From a virus (lineage: Duplodnaviria > Caudoviricetes), in IMG/VR virus record IMGVR_UViG_3300025103_000025, positions 1 through 50,323 of that record: a DNA stretch of 50,323 nucleotides; one strand, written 5' to 3'. The position numbers and the translations under genes are program-made. Every line of letters starts with the position of its first letter. Position 1 is the first letter of the stretch. Below the pieces are notes generated by a model, which was given only the letters and a program-made list of their open reading frames with translations, was not told the origin of the DNA and made no database searches. Of this stretch, positions 45,009 through 50,323 are shown one piece after another.

Positions 45009-46434
45009 CTACAAAACCTTCATCGCTTTCTTCTCTGTTATCTCTCAACTCGAAGGCAGTTCTGCCCTCTTCAATTTTACCACAATAACCTTTCATATGC
45101 ATGTTTATGTAGTCTCCGTCATCTAAACCCCCTCCGTGCCTAGAAACGATAGGAACCAACTTTCGGTTACCATTACCCATGCCGTCTTCAGCTATTTCTT
45201 CATCAGATTTTCTCTTGAAAATTGTAAAGTTACTACATAGCCATACAATTCTATCAGAGCCGCTGGCTGCGTCCGTTGACTCTCTGTTTATACCGTCTCT
45301 ATTAAGCTGTATAAAAGAAAGAACCGGCACCTTATATTTCAATGCAAAATTATGTAGCCCCGTCATCATAAATCCAAGAACTTGGAATTCTGCCAAGCTG
45401 TTAGATATAGAATCAGAAGTCATAAGTTTCAGATAGTCGTAAATAATCACGCATTCTTTAGCTGTGCCGTCATCATTAATACCTACTTCTTTGGCCAACC
45501 ATCTTCTTACTACAGATAGCTGTTCTTCAAAAGCCATTCCCCCAATCGACCTATGATAATAAGGCATGTCTTTTATTTTTTCGGCGGCTTTGTAAACTTT
45601 ATCTTTCTTGTCTGGGTTGTTGCCAAAGGTTCCGGTTTCAATATCGTTAATTGCAACCTCACTGAGCATGGCAAGAGACCTATGTTTATGGTCATCTGCA
45701 GTCATTTCTGTGTCAAGGTTAAGGACAGGAATATTTAGCTCAGAGGCAATGTGCATACCAATATTATCGGATAACAAAGTTTTTCCGACCTTGGGTCTCG
45801 CTCCGATTATATTGACAGTACCCCTTCGCAAACCCCCTCCAATTGCTTGGTCGTAAACGGGATAGCCAGTGGATATCCCCATCGTTTGACATGGGTTTTC
45901 TTCTAAGTATTTTACGTATTCCTCAATACCAGAACCCAGAAGTTCTGGGGTGTCATTGCCGTCTCCCAGTAATGAGCTAAAATCAAAAATAGCGTCTTCA
46001 GCTATACCAAATATACTAGATATGCTTTCGTCGCCATTAATTTTTACTAGCTTTTCTTTTGCTCCTTCTAGCTGTGCTTCGAGCAGCCTTGCTATTTCAA
46101 GCTTTCTAATCTTGGCAGCAAACCTTCTTACGTTTTCAACCTGAACCGGAAACTTAGTGACGGCTGTTAGGTGTTTTACTTCATCTCTATTGTCAAAGAC
46201 ATGGTTAAGATTAAGTTCCGATGCCGCAGACCAAATACTTGGTATGTCTATAGACTTTACGTCTGACTCTAGTAGGTGCTTAAGACATTTATATATAACG
46301 GCATTTGACCCGATAGTAAATGTTTTCTCTGTTATGATATCTGACACATCAAAGTAAGCATCATTACCAAAGTTAAAGACACCCGAGAGAACTGCCCTTT
46401 CTGCCGAGGGGTCTGAAAGTAAGTTTTCTGCCAT
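44974..46434 (-). CDS. dnaB: Replicative DNA helicase
   Basis: AERAVL, GISTGY, Walker A GARPKVGKT, DTEM, IYDYLKLM and QLNR. Confidence 0.92.
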   Translation of the reverse strand: MAENLLSDPSAERAVLSGVFNFGNDAYFDVSDIITEKTFTIGSNAVIYKCLKHLLESDVKSIDIPSIWSAASELNLNHVFDNRDEVKHLTAVTKFPVQVENVRRFAAKIRKLEIARLLEAQLEGAKEKLVKINGDESISSIFGIAEDAIFDFSSLLGDGNDTPELLGSGIEEYVKYLEENPCQTMGISTGYPVYDQAIGGGLRRGTVNIIGARPKVGKTLLSDNIGMHIASELNIPVLNLDTEMTADDHKHRSLAMLSEVAINDIETGTFGNNPDKKDKVYKAAEKIKDMPYYHRSIGGMAFEEQLSVVRRWLAKEVGINDDGTAKECVIIYDYLKLMTSDSISNSLAEFQVLGFMMTGLHNFALKYKVPVLSFIQLNRDGINRESTDAASGSDRIVWLCSNFTIFKRKSDEEIAEDGMGNGNRKLVPIVSRHGGGLDDGDYINMHMKGYCGKIEEGRTAFELRDNREESDEGFVVEDENDEVPFT

Positions 46435-46856
46435 TAGCCTCTAGCCCCTCTTGTTTGACAACCATTGCAAATATAGCGACCTGAGTCTGAAACCAGAATG
46501 GAAGAGACGTTGCTCTGTCTGTTACAAGAGTCGCATGTTACTTGTACTGTTCCATCTCCTCTGTCTCTTGTTGTTGGGGGTAGGACAGCAAGTCTTTTAT
46601 CTATTTCTGAGTCAGCTTTGTGCTCATGTCGTTCTGGCATTGATTCAAAGAGGTTTTCTCTCTTTTCAGTTTTCTTTGAAGAGCCTGTGCTCTGACCAGT
46701 TTTGTTTCTTTCTATTTTATGAACAAAGTCATCTGAACTAGACCTTGCTCTTGACTTATTTTTTTTGCCAGCCAACTTCTGAATCATCTTGCTAACCTTA
46801 AAAGCATCGTTTTCATCTAAGCTTTCAAGCGCTTCTTGTGTTTCTTTATCCAACAT
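46434..46856 (-). CDS. Hypothetical protein with a C-terminal zinc ribbon
   Basis: CDSC...CNGC. Stop overlaps the dnaB start. Confidence 0.6.
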   Translation of the reverse strand: MLDKETQEALESLDENDAFKVSKMIQKLAGKKNKSRARSSSDDFVHKIERNKTGQSTGSSKKTEKRENLFESMPERHEHKADSEIDKRLAVLPPTTRDRGDGTVQVTCDSCNRQSNVSSILVSDSGRYICNGCQTRGARG

Positions 46857-47361
46857 TTGTATACCTCTTAGACCTTTGTACGGATAGAAATATATCGGCC
46901 CTCTTGCCCATGTTTGAGGAAAGGAAGCCGAGCCTATCGGCTCTTTGTTTTGCGTACTTTTTAATTCTTGAAAGAGTTCTGGCGTGCTCGTTGTTCTTTA
47001 CAGCCTGATACAATCTTTCCTGATAAGAATACCCCTTGTAATTTCCCACTTCGTTCGCTACGACCTCTTTGATGTTCTCATCGGCCCAGTTTACCCGAGC
47101 CATCTCTCTATTATAGGCGCGTTGTACGTGAAATGAAAGCTCATTCAGTATCAAGGCTGCCATTCCACAATCCTCAGGGCTCAATTTTTCTATTTGAGAC
47201 CTATTCATGTGAAGGTAGGAGGTAGCCTCATAGTTGCTATAGTTGGATATAAAGTTAGGGAGACCTACAGAGAGCTCGTATTCGTCTAGAATTTTATCCC
47301 ATTTCTCAAGCTGTTCTTTAGCGGTTTTCAATTCTTTTTTTCCAGCCATTTTCGTCCTCAT
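46846..47361 (-). CDS. Hypothetical helical protein (possible recombination mediator)
   Basis: 171 aa, helical-looking, in the recA-dnaB neighbourhood. Function is inference only. Confidence 0.45.
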   Translation of the reverse strand: MRTKMAGKKELKTAKEQLEKWDKILDEYELSVGLPNFISNYSNYEATSYLHMNRSQIEKLSPEDCGMAALILNELSFHVQRAYNREMARVNWADENIKEVVANEVGNYKGYSYQERLYQAVKNNEHARTLSRIKKYAKQRADRLGFLSSNMGKRADIFLSVQRSKRYTNVG

Positions 47362-47731
47362 TAAACGGTAATTCTACAACGCCTATATTATTAAGTCCAC
47401 ACCACTCTACTTTTTTTTTGTCTCTTTTTCTTGCTTGGGCAAATCCCAGCTTGGTCTTATGGTAAAACTTCACGAACCTGTAGTGTTGTTCGCCGTGCAC
47501 CTCTATGCACAAATCATGCAGAGGAATAAAGAAGTCTAGATATAGAGTCTCTGCTCTGCGTACCTTAATAGGAACTTCTTCGAGAATTTGGCAGGTGGGA
47601 AAAGTCTGTCTTAGCAGATTTCTCGCTTTTAGATGGTATTTTGAGCGAGCTCTGCCATCATTGTTGTTTGGTATGTGCCCCGATATTTTCCAATTACTGC
47701 TTATATTCTCTAAGTCAATTACTTTCCTCAT
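47318..47731 (-). CDS. Vsr/DUF559-like endonuclease
   Basis: LEEV...LYLDFFIP..LCIEVHGEQHY...RDKKKVEWC. Confidence 0.75.
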   Translation of the reverse strand: MRKVIDLENISSNWKISGHIPNNNDGRARSKYHLKARNLLRQTFPTCQILEEVPIKVRRAETLYLDFFIPLHDLCIEVHGEQHYRFVKFYHKTKLGFAQARKRDKKKVEWCGLNNIGVVELPFNEDENGWKKRIENR

Positions 47732-48744
47732 ATTCCCAACATGTTGTTAATGGATTCTATTAGTAGTTTTTTTGTCTCTGGATTTTTACATAGTTCGATT
47801 CTGCATTTCTCAGCGCCCTGAAACTTAGGCTTGTCGTCCCCTTCTACAAACTCAAATTTAAACCAAGCTCCAGCCTTGTTTATCAAGCCTAGGTCAGAGC
47901 CCAGAATCACCAGTTCTGTCTCCTCATCTATTCCTCCTCCATATCTAAGGTAACTTGTTATTTTACCTCCGGGAGGGCCTAACGCAGATGTGACGATTTG
48001 CCAATCTATTTTTTGCCCAATTTGAGTGTCTTGTATTTCCCAAGGAGAAAATCTTTTGGCCCTAAGTTTTACATCAACCTGATAGGCTACAGCTTGACCA
48101 GACTTTTCTTTAAATTCTGCTCCGTAGCCAGTAGGATTGCCCATCAGGTGAGTAATTCCTATTACCAGATTTCTGTTCACAGGAACGACATTTGCAATCT
48201 TTCTACAAAACTTTGCTAATAATTTCGCTCCGTCTGCTCTCTGCATTTTGTCCATAGAAGATGTAATCTCAGCTTCTGTGCAAAGTGCGGAATATGAATC
48301 TAATATTACAACAGAACCCGGAACTTCATTGATGGTTTTTTCTGCTATGGAAAGAAAGTTTTCAGCTGTAAGAATCCTTCCCGGTTCAGAACCAATTACA
48401 TGGAATCTATCTAAGTCTAATTCTGGGATTCCTTCTAAGTCCCTTTTCTTAAGCCTTCCCTCAATATTGAAGAAGTAAACATGTCTACCTTCTGGGCATA
48501 GCTCACCACCATACTCTTTCTTTTGGCATTTTGCTGCGAAGTGTAGAGATGTTGTAGTCTTTCCGCACTTTGGTTGACCTGTAAAGGTTATAAAACTTCC
48601 TTCTGGAATTCCTCCCCCAAGGACAACATCTAGAGAAGGTGACACTGGTATAACCAAAAGTTCTGAATCAATAACAGCAGAACCAGAACGCATGATTCCA
48701 GAACCGAACTGTTTAATAATGTCTTTTTCTATTGTGCTGCTCAA
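47728..48744 (-). CDS. recA: RecA/UvsX-like recombinase
   Basis: SLDVVLGGGIPEG, Walker A GQPKCGKTT, Walker B VILDS and GLINKAGAWF. Confidence 0.9.
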   Translation of the reverse strand: MSSTIEKDIIKQFGSGIMRSGSAVIDSELLVIPVSPSLDVVLGGGIPEGSFITFTGQPKCGKTTTSLHFAAKCQKKEYGGELCPEGRHVYFFNIEGRLKKRDLEGIPELDLDRFHVIGSEPGRILTAENFLSIAEKTINEVPGSVVILDSYSALCTEAEITSSMDKMQRADGAKLLAKFCRKIANVVPVNRNLVIGITHLMGNPTGYGAEFKEKSGQAVAYQVDVKLRAKRFSPWEIQDTQIGQKIDWQIVTSALGPPGGKITSYLRYGGGIDEETELVILGSDLGLINKAGAWFKFEFVEGDDKPKFQGAEKCRIELCKNPETKKLLIESINNMLGI

Positions 48745-49163
48745 AAATCGAGTTCCCTTAATTTACCAAGATTTGTTTTCTTTACTTTAGCTTCTCTGGG
48801 CTTTGACTTTGTGTCAGCTCTTTTAATGTCTGAGGTTTTGGGCTTAGCCCTTTCTATGTCAAGCTTTCTCTGCTCTTCTTTTATTATTGCGTCTAGGTGA
48901 GGCGCTCTTAAAGAATATATTCCATAAGCCCTGTTAGACTTAAGGGCTTTTATTATAGCAACATCATCATATATTTTTAAGAGTCCGTAGGCCGCAAAAA
49001 GTTGAGACTTATAATCCTTCTTCCATTCTGGTAAGTCCCAGAATTTCTGAGGCAGCTCCTTCTTGTTTTTCTGAGCCATCTTTTCGCATATGAACTCTGT
49101 TATATATTGAGCGGCACTAATTTTTTTGCCATTTGAATATCGAGAAGGATATTTTTTACTCAT
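48741..49163 (-). CDS. Hypothetical basic protein
   Basis: 140-aa ORF overlapping both neighbours by a few bases. Confidence 0.55.
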   Translation of the reverse strand: MSKKYPSRYSNGKKISAAQYITEFICEKMAQKNKKELPQKFWDLPEWKKDYKSQLFAAYGLLKIYDDVAIIKALKSNRAYGIYSLRAPHLDAIIKEEQRKLDIERAKPKTSDIKRADTKSKPREAKVKKTNLGKLRELDF

Positions 49164-49509
49164 TGTCGTTTATCTTGTAGATTGCATTCTTTGCTGTTCT
49201 AGAGACGGTGTTTGAATTGCTGTTCAGGTCGCCTCTTTGAGATGCCGCTTCAGTCATTATGCTGACCCCTTTGCTTTTTTTTGCGGCTGTTATATTTACC
49301 ATCAAGTCCTTTGCCTTAGCTGGCTTTGGAGGCTCTTGTTTTTTTGCCTTTTTCTTTTTCTTGATGGTGGTCTGAGTTTTTCCGACATGGGCCTGAACTG
49401 TCTTCTCAGTTCTTCCGAGTTCCTTTGCTATGTCAGATGTGCTATAATTATCTTTAAGCATACCTTCTATGATGTACTTTTCTTGTTTTGAAAGTCTTCC
49501 TTTAGCCAT
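49156..49509 (-). CDS. HTH DNA-binding protein
   Basis: LSKQEKYII...STSDIAKELGRTEKTV HTH. Start placed at MAKGRL (49509). Confidence 0.7.
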   Translation of the reverse strand: MAKGRLSKQEKYIIEGMLKDNYSTSDIAKELGRTEKTVQAHVGKTQTTIKKKKKAKKQEPPKPAKAKDLMVNITAAKKSKGVSIMTEAASQRGDLNSNSNTVSRTAKNAIYKINDNE

Positions 49510-49919
49510 TAAACCAACTCCCTCTCGGCATTGCTTAGCCAAGCACCATTTTTTGTTTCAAGAAACTTTAAGTAATAATCGTAAACCTTTTTTTCAACAT
49601 CTCTAAAGACCCAGTTTGGACGACCCGCATGTCTGAGCTGCTTCTGCTGCCTGTTCTCAGAATACATACCGTTAGGGTCATAGAGGCGGCCATAGGTATC
49701 CTGTTTTACATAGTAATAGACTTTGTCATTGACCTGAACTTGTTTTGCATAGGCGTCAGTAGAGTCTTCCTCTACTTCTTTTAGTAGGGCTGTATAGGCT
49801 ACAACACCTCTTTCATCCTTGTCTTGAATTTCGTTCTTTTCTTCTTTGGTAGGCTTGAATATAGCCTTATCTACATCATTTTTATTTATTCTAGCCATTT
49901 TTTTTACCTGTCCTAACAT
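49509..49919 (-). CDS. Hypothetical protein
   Basis: 136-aa ORF (likely start MARINK). Stop is coupled to the next start. Confidence 0.5.
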   Translation of the reverse strand: MLGQVKKMARINKNDVDKAIFKPTKEEKNEIQDKDERGVVAYTALLKEVEEDSTDAYAKQVQVNDKVYYYVKQDTYGRLYDPNGMYSENRQQKQLRHAGRPNWVFRDVEKKVYDYYLKFLETKNGAWLSNAERELV

Positions 49920-50307
49920 AGTTCTTCTGCTGAGTTGGCGTCATATCAGCAACATTATTGTCACTTCTATACCAAGGTTTTTCAGCGTTCTTTTTTAGTC
50001 TCTCGCCTTTAACGGGAAGGCTATCTGCATTTTCTCTATACTCATTATGCTTCTTTTTCATGACCTCTCTTTGGTCACTACTTAGTCGGCTAGAGTTGAG
50101 CTCAGCCAAATGTCCAATTGTTTTAGCTCCTCCTGAACCCTTCACGCTGCCAGATACATTGTCTAAAGAGTAGTCCCTTATTAGTTTATGCTTTTTGCAC
50201 ACAGGGCACTTCTTCAGCTTCTTGTAATCAGACATAGATTGGATTACAGAAAAAGTATGGCCGCAACCCCCTTCTTGGGGGTCGCAGCTATACGAATACT
50301 CAGGCAT
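49891..50307 (-). CDS. FmdB-family zinc ribbon protein
   Basis: MPEYSYSC...CGHTF...QSMSD...CPVCKK. Confidence 0.8.
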   Translation of the reverse strand: MPEYSYSCDPQEGGCGHTFSVIQSMSDYKKLKKCPVCKKHKLIRDYSLDNVSGSVKGSGGAKTIGHLAELNSSRLSSDQREVMKKKHNEYRENADSLPVKGERLKKNAEKPWYRSDNNVADMTPTQQKNYVRTGKKNG

Positions 50308-50323
50308 GTTAGAATGGAACTCC

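Noticed and set aside
1-50323. Stop-codon reassignment (alternative genetic code) as seen in some large phages
   Set aside because: Genes are full length and tightly packed in code 11, and TAA, TAG and TGA all end genes at sensible positions.

Overview
This 50 kb window looks like part of a large tailed dsDNA phage genome in standard genetic code, with very dense coding. I saw no rRNA, tRNA, CRISPR array or integrase. Two convergent blocks meet at about 26.45 kb. The + strand block (1-26411) is a tail morphogenesis module: neck/terminator-like genes, a putative tail tube protein with an internal duplication, chaperone-like ORFs, a 3568-aa tape measure protein (TMP), a 520-aa hub-like protein, a 2379-aa Cys-rich tail-tip/fibre protein, a glycosyltransferase-like gene and two small ORFs. 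The - strand block (26479-50307) covers replication, recombination and modification: RecA, DnaB, primase, dNMP kinase, a Cas4/AddB-like nuclease, a DnaE polymerase split into two intein-free genes around a UDG and a DEDDh exonuclease, SSB, a sigma-70-type factor, a cluster of about nine glycosyl/nucleotidyl-transferase-like genes, a NUMOD3 endonuclease, a Rad52/Sak-like annealase and a Whirly-like ssDNA-binding candidate. The most unusual signals are (1) an HPD-intact DnaJ J-domain inside the TMP between Pro-rich tandem-repeat linkers, in a cargo segment bracketed by a four-times-repeated motif, (2) the interrupted two-piece DnaE cassette, (3) the Whirly-like gene paired with the annealase, and (4) the glycosylation island. 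All calls come from reading motifs by eye; no database searches were run.
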